Below are positions 1 through 10,800 of a DNA stretch of 64,000 bases, in pieces. Each line of letters opens with the position of its first letter. Within the stretch, counting starts at the first letter, position 1. Under the pieces are notes generated by a model. The model was not told the origin of the DNA, ran no database searches, and worked only from the letters and a program-made list of their open reading frames with translations. The stretch is from Microcoleus sp. (lineage in GTDB: Bacteria > Cyanobacteriota > Cyanobacteriia > Cyanobacteriales > Microcoleaceae). A program made the position numbers and the translations under genes. The stretch lies in the NCBI GenBank assembly GCA_052279835.1, contig CP181291.1:4480001-4544000 (forward strand). The letters run 5' to 3'.

Positions 1-315
1 TTGCAACCAGTCGATCCACAATCGCAGTTTTTCTATCCCTAGCGGGATAAGTTGAGTTAGCTGTTCAAATTGAGAGCTGAGGCGCGTGAATATTAGGAAA
101 ATAAAAACAGATGAGAACACCAGTAAAATGCCAACTGTTAAAGCGATCGCCACTTCGCGCCTAGCACCAGACTGCTGCAATCTTCGCACTAAACGGTTGA
201 GAGCGATCGCTAAAATTACGGCAGTAAAAAACAATAAAATTACCGCTCTAATTTTCCACAAAATATAGAGCGAGACTATTAAAGCCAAAAAACCGATCCA
301 CTCTCCTAAACCCAC
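1..315 (-). CDS. AI-2E family transporter, 5' part (runs off the left edge)
   Basis: Own translation from GTG at 315, with GGAGG upstream: MGLGEWIGFLALIVSLYILWKIRAVILLFFTAVILAIALNRLVRRLQ. This is a typical cyanobacterial AI-2E N-terminus. The frame is open to base 1. Confidence 0.8.
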   Translation of the reverse strand, partial: MGLGEWIGFLALIVSLYILWKIRAVILLFFTAVILAIALNRLVRRLQQSGARREVAIALTVGILLVFSSVFIFLIFTRLSSQFEQLTQLIPLGIEKLRLWIDWLQ

Positions 316-977
316 AACATAAATCCCTCCTACAGGTTTTACAGGAATGGTGCAATATCTAAAATTAAACCAAAGACAACTGCGTTCGCGATCGGGTTTA
401 ACCAGGTTCTCAAGTTTGAAAGCTTAATTTTCATCAAACTTCTCCGATAATTCTTGTGCGATAGGCGTCCTGTCTGTCTTTGAAAATCTTTTTTGGAGAT
501 ATCTATTTTCTACAGCATACCTACGTATGGGAAATATTGTGCAGAATTCCAGCAGATTGACCCAAATCTTACTTAAGATATATTGCTCGTGCATTCAACT
601 TAAAAATTATCGTACCTAAGCAAGATAGATTGTCCGCGTAATTCGACTAAGGAAAAAGGACGGGGCGATCGCCGGTTCCGAGCCAATCCCATCCTGGGCT
701 AATCCTCCAGATAGACTATTTGACTCGGATCGGCCTGACTGATTTACATACCTGGAGGGATGGCAAAAATCTGTGAAACGGAGAAAATTATTTTATAATA
801 GATACTAATACTATATCCGCATCAAAAAAAACTTTTTAACTCACAATTTTTCTTTTTAGCTTGTTCTGTTACAAACGAAAAATAGGCGATCGATATGCCT
901 CCGGCACGCTGCGCGATCGCACTAAATTGATGATGAGCCGGCTGAAATAGCCAACTAAATCCAAATGATAGAAAAAT

Positions 978-1826
978 ATGACACGGCGCAACTCACCCAC
1001 CGATAGCATTCAAGAACCCGTCCGGCGCGCAAGTTCTCAACCCTGGTTCGACCGACTCGCCAGACTGGGATATGCCGCCAAAGGTTTAGTTTACTTTATA
1101 GTCGGTTTTCTAGCAGCACAAGCAGCTTTTGGATATGGCGGCAAAACCACCGATAGTAGGGGTGCATTAACCACAATTGTCTCCCAACCCTTCGGAAAAT
1201 TCCTGCTGTTTTTGGTGACAATTGGTATTGTTGGGTACGTTTTGTTGCGGATTGTTCAAACTATTCTCGATCCGGAACACGCTGGCGAACAAATGGATGC
1301 CAAGCGAATTGCCAAGCGCATTGGGTACGCTTTTAGTGGGTTAGCTTATGCAGGTTTGGCGGTGACTGCTGTCAAATTAATCATCGGTTCCGGTGGTAGC
1401 AACGGCAATTCAACTCAAGATTGGACAGCTTGGTTTTTATCTCAACCTTTTGGGCAATGGCTGGTAGGGTTCGGAGGAGCAGTCATAATCGGTATCGGTT
1501 TTTCTTACATTTATAAGGGATTCAAAGGCAAATTTCGCCACAATTTCAAACTCGATCGAATGAGCAGCAACGAGCAAAATTGGGCGGTGCGACTGGGTAG
1601 GCTGGGGATTGCCGCTCGCGGCATTGTCTTCAGTATCATCGGTGTTTTCTTGATTGAAGCGGCCAAGCAATCGGATGCTAGTGAAGCTAAAGGATTTGGC
1701 GAGGCGCTGGCATCCCTAGAACAACAGCCTTTTGGCCCGTGGATTCTAGGTTTAGTGGCTTTGGGTTTGATTTGCTATGGCCTCTACTCAGTAATTGAAG
1801 CTCGTTACGGGCAAATTTTGCACTGA
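978..1826 (+). CDS. DUF1206 domain membrane protein
   Basis: Repeated 'ARLGYAAKG...Y' and 'QPFG' helical motifs characteristic of DUF1206. Confidence 0.85.
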   Translation: MTRRNSPTDSIQEPVRRASSQPWFDRLARLGYAAKGLVYFIVGFLAAQAAFGYGGKTTDSRGALTTIVSQPFGKFLLFLVTIGIVGYVLLRIVQTILDPEHAGEQMDAKRIAKRIGYAFSGLAYAGLAVTAVKLIIGSGGSNGNSTQDWTAWFLSQPFGQWLVGFGGAVIIGIGFSYIYKGFKGKFRHNFKLDRMSSNEQNWAVRLGRLGIAARGIVFSIIGVFLIEAAKQSDASEAKGFGEALASLEQQPFGPWILGLVALGLICYGLYSVIEARYGQILH

Positions 1827-1886
1827 TAAATTGCTCTCTGCCAACACAACTGGTAAAAAAATATCTCTTGAGATGGAAGGAAAGTA

Positions 1887-2501
1887 ATGATGAGTACAAA
1901 CTGGGGCGGCTATCGAGTTGCCGCTTGGGTAGGGCAGGCGTTATTAACCATAGCAGTAATATTTGCTGTCAGTCATGGAAATTGGCAAAATGTCTTGGGG
2001 TTAGGCTTATTTTTAGCAGCATCTGTGGTGTTTGTGGTGATGGAAGATCGCTTGCCAGCGCTGTTTGATTTTATGTTTGTGCTTGCTGCGTTGCTTAATG
2101 CTGGAGGCTGGGCTTGGGGATTGTTTTACCAACGGGGGCTTTATGATGAAATTGTTCATGCTTTCACAACTTTTGCTGTGACTTTAGCATTGAGTTTTTT
2201 AGCCTACAGTTCAATGCTGACTATTTTTCGCGATCGCAAACTGCTGTACGTGCTAACAATAACCAGTTTTGGAATTGCGATCGGTGCTTTGTGGGAAATT
2301 ACTGAATGGACGGCTGGCCTCGTTTTTTCTACCGACGTTATTGGGAGTCTCGACGATACAATTATTGATTTGATTATGGATAGTTTTGGCTCTGGAATAG
2401 CTGCCATAACTAGCTTGTGGGCGCTGCCAGAATGGACGCGACCCGATGCGGAAGTTGGGAGTCAAGTCTCGATCGCCAATAGCCCGATCGATCGCACTTA
2501 A
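1887..2501 (+). CDS. Hypothetical polytopic membrane protein (DUF2238-like)
   Basis: Hydrophobic ORF with 'YDEIVH', 'GALWEITEW' and 'DTIIDL' motifs. Confidence 0.65.
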   Translation: MMSTNWGGYRVAAWVGQALLTIAVIFAVSHGNWQNVLGLGLFLAASVVFVVMEDRLPALFDFMFVLAALLNAGGWAWGLFYQRGLYDEIVHAFTTFAVTLALSFLAYSSMLTIFRDRKLLYVLTITSFGIAIGALWEITEWTAGLVFSTDVIGSLDDTIIDLIMDSFGSGIAAITSLWALPEWTRPDAEVGSQVSIANSPIDRT

Positions 2502-3325
2502 CTCAAAACAACATCATCACTTTTTGCTCGATCGTCTTTCATCGGATAGATATTTTTTTATTGCCTCCGACAGATGGCAACCTGTGGCTAGTTGGGGTTA
2601 AATAGATAGAGAAACAAGATTTTGAAAGATTGTAGAACACAGACAATCGACCTTTTGCTGAAGTCAATTTTTAATAATTTAAATTTTCTTCACATTACTG
2701 CAAGAGGTTGGTTGTTTCGATTAAGGAGGATTTTATGAAAATAAAATCATTTTCAACCGCAATTGGACTCGCTCTGTTGAGTTCAGTTATTTATTTACCG
2801 GGAATTGCCAGAGCTAATCAGAAACCCTCTATCCAAGTAGCTCAACAAAGAGAATTGGGTTCGGATATCGACAGTTTTACCCTGTATCCAGTACAGCGAC
2901 TAGATCCGGGAACAGAATTATTTTTCGTGCTCCGAGGAACCCCGTATTCTAGAGCTACCTTGACTATCCCAAATGCAGTGCAAAATCTGCCTATGCGGGA
3001 GGTTCAACCGGGAGTTTACGAGGCTAGCTACATGATTCGCCAGGGCGATCGAATTTCGGAAAATACAGCAGTGCGCGCCAATTTGCAACAAGGCAACCGC
3101 ATCACCAGCACTCGCTTGCAACAACCTCTACTTGCTGGTAATAGCGATCGTCGGTTTCCATCACTGTCTATTAACCGCTTCACCGCTCGATCCGTACAGC
3201 AGTTAGACCCGGGAACCACCCTCAATTTCAAATTGCTCGGCACTCCCAACGCTACAGCTACTTTCTCCATTGAAGGAGTTGCTTATAACATCCCCATGCG
3301 GGAAGAATCCAACGGCCTTTACATA

Positions 3326-4991
3326 GGGTTTGCTGAATAATCGATCGCCAACCAAGAGCAGGAGCGATCGATATATTCAAGCAGAGTTAACTATAAGTTG
3401 TTTCGGCATTGATTCCACCCAGTTATAATTGTAGATTATATTCAAGCCAAAAACAGGTGTTCTTTTTCCAAATAGACATAAAAACACACAAAAAACCCGG
3501 CGCCACCAGGTAGCAAGGTTCATTACCAAAAAAGTAATTGCAATAACTGTACCAGATGTATTATCAAGTTTTGCCATCACTCGATTGAGACCGAATCTTC
3601 GTTTTCCTTGCCCAAACTTGCCCTCAATGGCATTTCTAATCCTCTCATCTTCCAACGCTTGCCTCTTTTTTGATTTACTCACATTTGCTGGCGGTCTTCC
3701 TAATGGCGGCCCACTCAGCCTAATGCCTTTTTCTTTACACCATGCTCGGTTTTCCCGATTTCGGTAAATGCGATCTGCATGAACTGACTCTGGATAATAC
3801 CCTGTGAATTTATGATATGCTTCTACTTGTGTTTTTAAGTCCCCTGATTCGTTAAAGTTATCCCAGCTCATCCGGTCTAAAAATACATATCCCTCAAAAC
3901 AACTGGCTGATATTTTGGCTCCAAATTCTACGCTTTTTCCTGCTTTTCCTCTGACTATGGGACGGATATGGGGTTGGCTTAAACTTACTATTCTATCCTC
4001 AATACTCTGTTTATTATTGTCAAATAACCATTGCTGTTGGCGATAGACCTCTGTCAGGACTAACAAGGTTTTATATTGCTTTTTATTCAGAGCTTCTAGG
4101 CTCGCACCTGAATCGATTAGCTGTTCAATATGAGCTAGGTTTCTTTTTATGTATTGAAGTTGTTTTTTAATTGCTTGTCTTTTTTTGTTTTTGGTCGGTC
4201 GTCGTTGTTTGGCTACTGCTAAGTAGTCTTTCCTCGCTAGATTACGGTAGGTTCTTGGTTTTTTAGTGGTGTTTTCTTTAATTTGTTTATACAGAATGTC
4301 TAGGATTTTTTCTGTATGAACTCTGGCTCTGTTTAATAGTCCTAAGTCGGTCGGATAACTAATGTCGGCTGGGGCGCAGGTTGCATCTACGATCAATTGG
4401 CCGCGATTGGATAACTCATTTTTGGCGTCCGGATCCTTTTTTTTTTCAGGTTTGACTGGCGTGAGTTCTCGCATTTTTTTGACCATGCGTTCGTTCACTT
4501 GATTAATTAGATTGGGACTAATTCGTTGCCGAAAGTGTACTAAGAGTGATGGGTCAAATGCGAGTTCGTTGCTGTAGCTTGATTGACCGATGAAGTATTG
4601 CAGATAGGGGTTTTCACGGATCTGTTCTACTGTTTCACGATCGCTAATTCCTAATTTTTCTTTAATAATTAATGCCCCCAATGCCATCCTAAAGCATTTA
4701 GCAGGAGCCCCCTTTTCTGTGGGGAAGTTGGCCGCATATTCTGATTCAAATTCAGACCACGGGATTATTTGGGCCATTTTTACCCAACGGTTATCTGCTG
4801 ACAACTTTCCACATGAGGGGAGTTCAAAGTCGGAGGGTGAGGGGTGAGCAAGCTCAGCTTTTCGATACACGATCGCAGATGGTGATGCACGAGTTTTGAT
4901 CTATTTTACCTGTTTTTTTTGCACCTGACTGTCGATCGCACCAGTTCTTAATCCATGCCACGTCAAGTGCGATCGATTATTCAGCAAGCCC
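3326..4991 (-). mobile_element. Complete IS5-family insertion sequence (1666 bp)
   Basis: 23-bp inverted repeats GGGTTTGCTGAATAATCGATCGC / GCGATCGATTATTCAGCAAGCCC (1 mismatch), flanked by direct repeat TACATA (3320-3325, 4992-4997). Confidence 0.92.
3377..4870 (-). CDS. IS5 family DDE transposase
   Basis: 497 aa with IVDAT, 'GKSVEFGAK', 'HADRIY' and 'RNAIEGKFGQGKR' motifs. Confidence 0.93.
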   Translation of the reverse strand: MYRKAELAHPSPSDFELPSCGKLSADNRWVKMAQIIPWSEFESEYAANFPTEKGAPAKCFRMALGALIIKEKLGISDRETVEQIRENPYLQYFIGQSSYSNELAFDPSLLVHFRQRISPNLINQVNERMVKKMRELTPVKPEKKKDPDAKNELSNRGQLIVDATCAPADISYPTDLGLLNRARVHTEKILDILYKQIKENTTKKPRTYRNLARKDYLAVAKQRRPTKNKKRQAIKKQLQYIKRNLAHIEQLIDSGASLEALNKKQYKTLLVLTEVYRQQQWLFDNNKQSIEDRIVSLSQPHIRPIVRGKAGKSVEFGAKISASCFEGYVFLDRMSWDNFNESGDLKTQVEAYHKFTGYYPESVHADRIYRNRENRAWCKEKGIRLSGPPLGRPPANVSKSKKRQALEDERIRNAIEGKFGQGKRRFGLNRVMAKLDNTSGTVIAITFLVMNLATWWRRVFCVFLCLFGKRTPVFGLNIIYNYNWVESMPKQLIVNSA

Positions 4992-5777
4992 TACATAGGA
5001 GAATATACGATCCGCCGCCAAGATTATTTTCCGCCTGCGGGTGCGATGGTTACTGCTAGTTTGGAGTCGGGAAATCAAGTTATTCGTTCCCGTTTAGATC
5101 GAGAGCTAATTGCTAGCGATAATGGCAGTTCCAACACTGCCGAACTCCCCCTAGAAATTATCACTCCAAAAGAAAATGCTCGCGTCAGCGGCACGGTTGA
5201 AGTGGAAGGACGCAGTGCGCCAAATGCGACAGTTAATGTCAAGGTTCAGGCTACCTCTTCGGTGGGAGGTTTGTTTGGTTTTGAAAGAAATATCCTCGAA
5301 CGCACAGTTAAAGCAGACGAACAAGGTCTATTCAGCTTTGCTTTTAGGCCGAACATTTCTCTACCTGGGACTAAATACGAGGTGAATCTCAGTGCTAGCA
5401 GAGGCGATCGCACCAGCGAAGAAACTTTGGTACTGTTTCAAAATTGAGCCGTGACTCGCGACTATTTGCCAGCCCCAAATCTGGCAAATCCTGACTAAGT
5501 TTGCCGGTTTTACTGTGCTATTTGGTGTTTGGTTCGCTATTGTCGTCGATCGCACTATTTCTCCACGGCTTGCTGTTGGGCTTGAATATATTTTTGGTGG
5601 CGGTGCGATCGGCTTTGTGTTTGGCGATCCCACCTTCTGAGCATCGAAATGGCGCATCGGGTAAATGGCTATTTTGGCTTTCTCCTAAATACCCGACTTC
5701 TCAAAAAAGTCGGGTATCTAAAGTGCTATCGAGTTCCTGACTGATATCAAATCCGGCTTAAATAAACCCTTTACTTC

Positions 5778-5828
5778 TTAGTCTGCGGAGGCAGACTTCG
5801 TTTTTGTAGTAGCGGTTTTAACCGCCGA
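5778..5828. repeat. REP-like palindromic repeat (same family as 53474-53612)
   Basis: AGTCTGCGGAGGCAGACT and GCGGTTTTAACCGC hairpins; similar sequence at 53562-53612. Confidence 0.7.
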
Positions 5829-5867
5829 ATAATCTAATATATTTGCCCCAATGAAATGCACCAAATT

Positions 5868-6506
5868 TCACTCAAGTATCGCCCCATCTAAGCGGGTTTT
5901 TCTTAAGTCTGTTCTAGCTAAGTTTGCACCTCTCAAATCAGCACCATTTAAGTTAGCATTGCTTAAATCTGCATTAGTCAAATCAGCACCTATGAGAATA
6001 GCATCCGATAAATTTGCCCCAGCTAAATTTGCCCTCACAAGTTGCGATTTACTCAAATTACTGCCACTCAAATTAGCCGATTGCATCTGTGCTAATGCTA
6101 AATTTGCTTTATTTAAATTAGTGCCGCTGAGGTTAGCCAAATTCAATTTAGCATAACTGAGATCGATGTTTTCCAAACAAAGTTGGCTCAAGTTCGCGCA
6201 TCTCAAGTTAGCATTAACAAAATATCGGTCTCCCATTGCATAGCGACGCAGCAATTCGTCAGCTTCCAGCCGAATTAAAACTGGTTCGCCAGCATTTTGG
6301 TAGCACCAGGATGTCTCCAGCAAACTAGCGGCTGCTTCAATGGCTATCTGGTCACATTTAGGGATAATCAAACTATTGCAGCCGTCCCACTCGCCGCCTA
6401 GCATGAATGCCATCTCAGAGGCTGCTGCTACAGAGTCGCACAGCAAAACAGTTTTTGGTTTGGGTTGCAGCCAGTTCATCCAACCGATCGAGCTCTGGTT
6501 TTTCAC
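5868..6506 (-). CDS. Pentapeptide repeat protein
   Basis: C-terminal A(D/N)LXX repeats following 'ELLRRYAMGDRYF'. Confidence 0.9.
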   Translation of the reverse strand: MKNQSSIGWMNWLQPKPKTVLLCDSVAAASEMAFMLGGEWDGCNSLIIPKCDQIAIEAAASLLETSWCYQNAGEPVLIRLEADELLRRYAMGDRYFVNANLRCANLSQLCLENIDLSYAKLNLANLSGTNLNKANLALAQMQSANLSGSNLSKSQLVRANLAGANLSDAILIGADLTNADLSNANLNGADLRGANLARTDLRKTRLDGAILE

Positions 6507-6561
6507 GGTTTATTAAGGGTTTTTTGGTCTTTCTTAATTGTAGGTAAAAATATTGAAAACA

Positions 6562-6884
6562 TGATGCACAAATTTGCTGCGGCTGCGGAGTATGAATTGA
6601 TCGTGTTTGGTGCAGCCAGACCGGGATACCGCGATGCGGAAGTTGCTCGCTGGATTGAATTTATGCAAGGGCATAGTATCAAGCAAGTTTGCTGCTTGCT
6701 GGCGCAAACGCAACTCATCCGCTACAGGGACTTGCTGGGAACCTATGGGAAAATGTTTGGGTCCGATCGAGTTTGCTCGGCGCCGATTGCAGACGAGGCG
6801 ATCACAGCAGTAAAAAAAACTGGCAGAAAGCAGTATTTTGATGAAATACTGCTTTCTGCTTTCTGGCAACTGACTAATAACTAA
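6562..6884 (+). pseudogene. Truncated dual-specificity (Cys-based) protein phosphatase
   Basis: The N-terminus 'HKFAAAAEYELIVFGAARPGY...WIEFM...VCCLL...APIAD' resembles cyanobacterial phosphatases, but no HCxxGxxR motif follows and the frame runs into a terminator. Confidence 0.6.
6812..6859 (-). terminator. Rho-independent terminator downstream of rnhA
   Basis: 16-bp perfect stem GCAGAAAGCAGTATTT / AAATACTGCTTTCTGC followed by a T-run on the minus strand. Confidence 0.7.
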
Positions 6885-6894
6885 TAACTAATAA

Positions 6895-7788
6895 TTAATC
6901 AACTGTACTAACGTGGTCTATGCGTTCCAATTGCCAGAGAATTTGATTTCCCTCGCGGCGCACCCGCGAAACTACCCAGTTTCGCCAAACCCAGTTGTCT
7001 CCACGACTGGTAACAGCACTGGCATTTACATCCATCAAGTCAGCTAATTCAGAACTTGTGATCAAGTAGCCTTTAGTGGCAACTTCATCAGCTATATGCA
7101 AGGTTTCGATGAGGTTTCGGAGGTCCTGAACCCTCACCTCGCGGGGCAAGTTCTCCAGAGTATCGGCAGTAGAATCCATCATGGCAGCATTGGAGATGAG
7201 AAGGTCAGAAGTTATGACATAGGATTCTATCGTTTTGTTACCAATTGTTTCCGTTTCTTCTGAAACATTTGTGTTTTCCGACTTTAGGGGCAGTTCCCCC
7301 GTGCCTGCCTCAACCCCTTTGTGTTGTTGCAGTTCGGGAACGAGATTCTGCGAAAAGCTGCGGGCGATTTCGTCGCATCTATCGTTATAGAAATCGCCGG
7401 AGTGACCCCGGACGTGTTCCCACTTCACTTGCCGGGAATTCAGCTTGTCTAGCAGGTGCCAGAGGTCTTGATTGACGACATCTTTGCCTGTGGAAGTTTT
7501 CCAGCCTTTGTTTTTCCAGCCTTGAATCCATTTGGTGATACCGTTTTTAACATACTCGCTGTCGGTGTAAAGGGTGACTGCTTCGGTTTGACCGGAATTG
7601 GCAAAAAACTCCAAGGCGGCGATCGCAGCCTGCATTTCCATGCGGTTATTGGTACTTTGGGACTGTGCACCTCCGAGTTCGTGACAGTTGCCATCGGCGA
7701 AGCAAACCACTGCGCCCCAGCCGCCTGGGCCTGGGTTGCCGGAACAAGCGCCGTCTGTGTACAAGCTTTTGATTTGGGGAATTGTCAT
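6895..7788 (-). CDS. rnhA: Ribonuclease HI with cyanobacterial C-terminal extension
   Basis: YTDGACSGNPGPGGWG, TNNRME, TDSEYV, 'VRGHSG..YNDRCD' motifs. Confidence 0.95.
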   Translation of the reverse strand: MTIPQIKSLYTDGACSGNPGPGGWGAVVCFADGNCHELGGAQSQSTNNRMEMQAAIAALEFFANSGQTEAVTLYTDSEYVKNGITKWIQGWKNKGWKTSTGKDVVNQDLWHLLDKLNSRQVKWEHVRGHSGDFYNDRCDEIARSFSQNLVPELQQHKGVEAGTGELPLKSENTNVSEETETIGNKTIESYVITSDLLISNAAMMDSTADTLENLPREVRVQDLRNLIETLHIADEVATKGYLITSSELADLMDVNASAVTSRGDNWVWRNWVVSRVRREGNQILWQLERIDHVSTVD

Positions 7789-7868
7789 GGACGAGTTAAT
7801 CTATTTTTTACAGGTATGTTGTTGCCAGATGTCATAATTTAACAGAATCGCGATCGGACCTAGATGCT

Positions 7869-10800
7869 ATGAAAAATGCCAACTTAAAAATTAAAAAGGT
7901 CTGGCTATTTATTTCTCCGTTTTCTTTGTTAATTTTTAATACTTTCGCCCAAGCGCAAACAGTCGTTCCGGCGGCTGACGGTACTGGCACTAATGTTACT
8001 CGCACTGACAACCGCTACGATATTGGTGGTGGCAGTTTGTCGGGGGACGGGGCGAATCTGTTTCATAGTTTTCAGAAGTTCGGTATCCCGGAGGGTCAGG
8101 TTGCTAATTTTTTGACAACTCCAGGGATTCAAAATATATTAGGTCGCATTTCTGGCGGGGATGCTTCCATAATTAATGGTTTAATTACTGTCACTGGTGG
8201 CAATTCTAATCTTTTTTTAATTAATCCTGCGGGGATGGTGTTTGGTCCCAACGCTAGTTTGAATGTGCCGGCGGCTTTCACGGCAACTACTGCTACTGGG
8301 GTGGGTTTTGGTTCTAATTGGTTTAATGCTACGGGCATAAATGATTTTAGCACGCTAGTTGGTACTCCTAATGGTTTTTATTTTGGGGTGGCTCCACCGG
8401 GAAGTATTGTGAATGCTGCTAATTTGGCTGTGGCACCTGGCCAAAGTTTGGCTTTGTTGGGCGGTACTGTGATTAGTACGGGGAATTTGTCGGCACCAGG
8501 AGGTAACATTACTGTTGCTAGTGTGGGAAGTGGAAGTGCGATTCGCATTAGTCAACCAGGGCATTTGTTGAGTTTAGAAATTGCTACTGGTGGCAATTTA
8601 CCGAATTCTCCCTTGGTTGCAAATCCTCTGTCTTTGCCGCAGTTGCTGACTGGTAGCGGTGTGAATGGTGCGACTGGTGTTGCTGTGGCGGCTGATGGTA
8701 CGGTGCGACTGGTGGCCTCTGGTTTGCAGGTGAATTCGGGGGATGTGGCGATCGCTAGAAGCAATCTTACCCCAATTTCTGATTTAACTGCGGCAAATGC
8801 TCGCCTCTGGGCTGCTAATAATCTCACATTAGATGGGGTTCAATTATACACAACTGGTAACTTGACTTTGACTGCGGGAAATGCTGCGCAAGTGCGTGAC
8901 AGTGCGACGCATCCGTTTTTGGCTCAGGCTGGGGGTAATTTATACATTCAGGGCGATCGCACTATCGATATTCTGACTCAAAATGCGCTCGGTGCTTTGG
9001 CTCTGGCTCCCCAGTTTCAGGCGGGCGGCGCTTTGACTTTAGTTAGCAATGGCGTGATTTCTGGGGATGCTCACTTTGTTTCGGGAGGCAATTTTTCGAT
9101 TCGGAATCTGTCAGGAATGCCGGGAAATTTTGTGAGTTTATTTGACCCGATTATTAGTTCTGAGGCTGATGTTTTTTTTGGAGATTATACTGGTGCTTCG
9201 CTGAAAGTGGAGGCTAAGGGAAGTATTGTGGCACAGGATATTACCATTACTCGCCCGGATACTGCCCTCGATATTGGCAATGTTAGTGCCGATTCTGATA
9301 TTGCTATTTTAACGACGACTCCGGCATTGATTTTGCGGGCGGGAGTTCGGAATTTGGCTAATACTCGGAATGTTCCTAATGCTGTTGAGGGGAGTTTAGA
9401 TGATAATGAAACTACTCCTTTAGGTGACGAGGCGATATTTAATCCGGGGATTATTAACTCGACTCCCTTAATTATTGTAGATAATCTTTCTGCTGCTGGG
9501 CTGGTGAGTTTGTCGGCACCGGGAACAGTCGCAACTAGAGATATTAATAGTGGAGAAATTAAGGTCGAAAGCGGACAGGGTGTGGTGGTTGGTGGCCGAT
9601 TGACTTCTAGTTCGACAATTAATATTCAGGCTGCTGATAATATTATCTTGACAAATGACATTTCCCGTGCTGATGTAAATGGTAATGTGAGTTTCAACAG
9701 CAGTGGGGGTAGTATAGTCACTGGGGCGATCGATACTGGGAATTCTGGGGCGATCGAACTTAGAGCTTTTGGAAATGTGAATTTTGGGAATTTACAGGGA
9801 ACTAAGGTTGATGTTGCTAGTAACTCCGGGGAATTGGGAGTTTTGAGCGATCCTAATCTCATAGTCCCTAATACTATACCAGTGGATATTACAGCAACTG
9901 GAAATGTCAGTTTGACCGCTTCTAGGAACTTAACGGTAGGTAATCTTAATGCTGCTACTGTCAATGCTAGCAGCAATACGGGCAATGTCAGCACGGGGGC
10001 GATCGCTACTACTGGTGATGTCAGAATTTTAGCCAGACAACTAATTAATACTGGGGTGGTAACTGTTAATTCTGTTGGGCTAAATTTCATTCCCACAGTC
10101 AATCTGGATGCTCAAACTAACATTGCTACGCCCTCTATTAATGCTCCCGCCGCCACCATTGCTGTGAGAGCATCCAGGGACTTAAATATCGGCAATTTGC
10201 AGGGGGCGGCAGTTGATGTCAGTAGCGATGGGGGCAGAATTGCGATCGGCAATACTGTGACAACTGGAAATATTAATGTTGCTGCTTTGGGTAATGTGAA
10301 TGCTAGAAATTTGCAGGGACTTGCAGTTAATGTTAAGAGTGATTCGGGAAGTATTGAAACTGCCAATGCTACCGCAACTAGAAATGTAAATTTAACCGCA
10401 GCAGGCGATATTAATGCAGGAATTTTGCGGGGAGTTGCAGTTGATGTTAACAGCACCAGGGGGAGTGTTACTACTGGTAATATAAATGCTACCGAGACTG
10501 TGGGGGTTTTAGCCGGAAGGCAAATCACAGTAGGGCGCATAGATGTTAATTCTGTAGGGGGCGATCGCGCTGCTACGGTGAATCTGAATGCTCGCAATGA
10601 TATTAGTGTAGCATCGATTAATGCGACTGGAGGTACGGTGGCGATCGGCACTCCGGGTTTTGTGCGAATCACCAATTCTTTTTTAAACCAAAACGGTACT
10701 CCTGTTAGCATCTCAACTTTTGGTGCCAATCGACAAGGTTCCGTTACTATTAATCACGGTGGCGCTAATACTAACCCGCCAACGCCTTTTTTGATCGGAG

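Larger units (their letters stand above)
2735..5447 (+). pseudogene. Secreted beta-rich protein gene interrupted by IS5 (5' part 2735-3325, 3' part 4998-5447)
   Basis: AAGGAGG RBS and a signal peptide. Removing the IS plus one TACATA copy restores an in-frame ...NGLYIGEYTIRRQDY..., paralleling the internal repeat GVYEASYMIRQGD. About 346 aa when reconstructed. Confidence 0.85.

Noticed and set aside
5361..5740. Small ORFs downstream of the IS-interrupted gene
   Set aside because: No convincing start, RBS or motif; conflicting frames
6895..7300. RNase HI C-terminal extension as a novelty
   Set aside because: I recognise this extension as common in cyanobacterial RnhA
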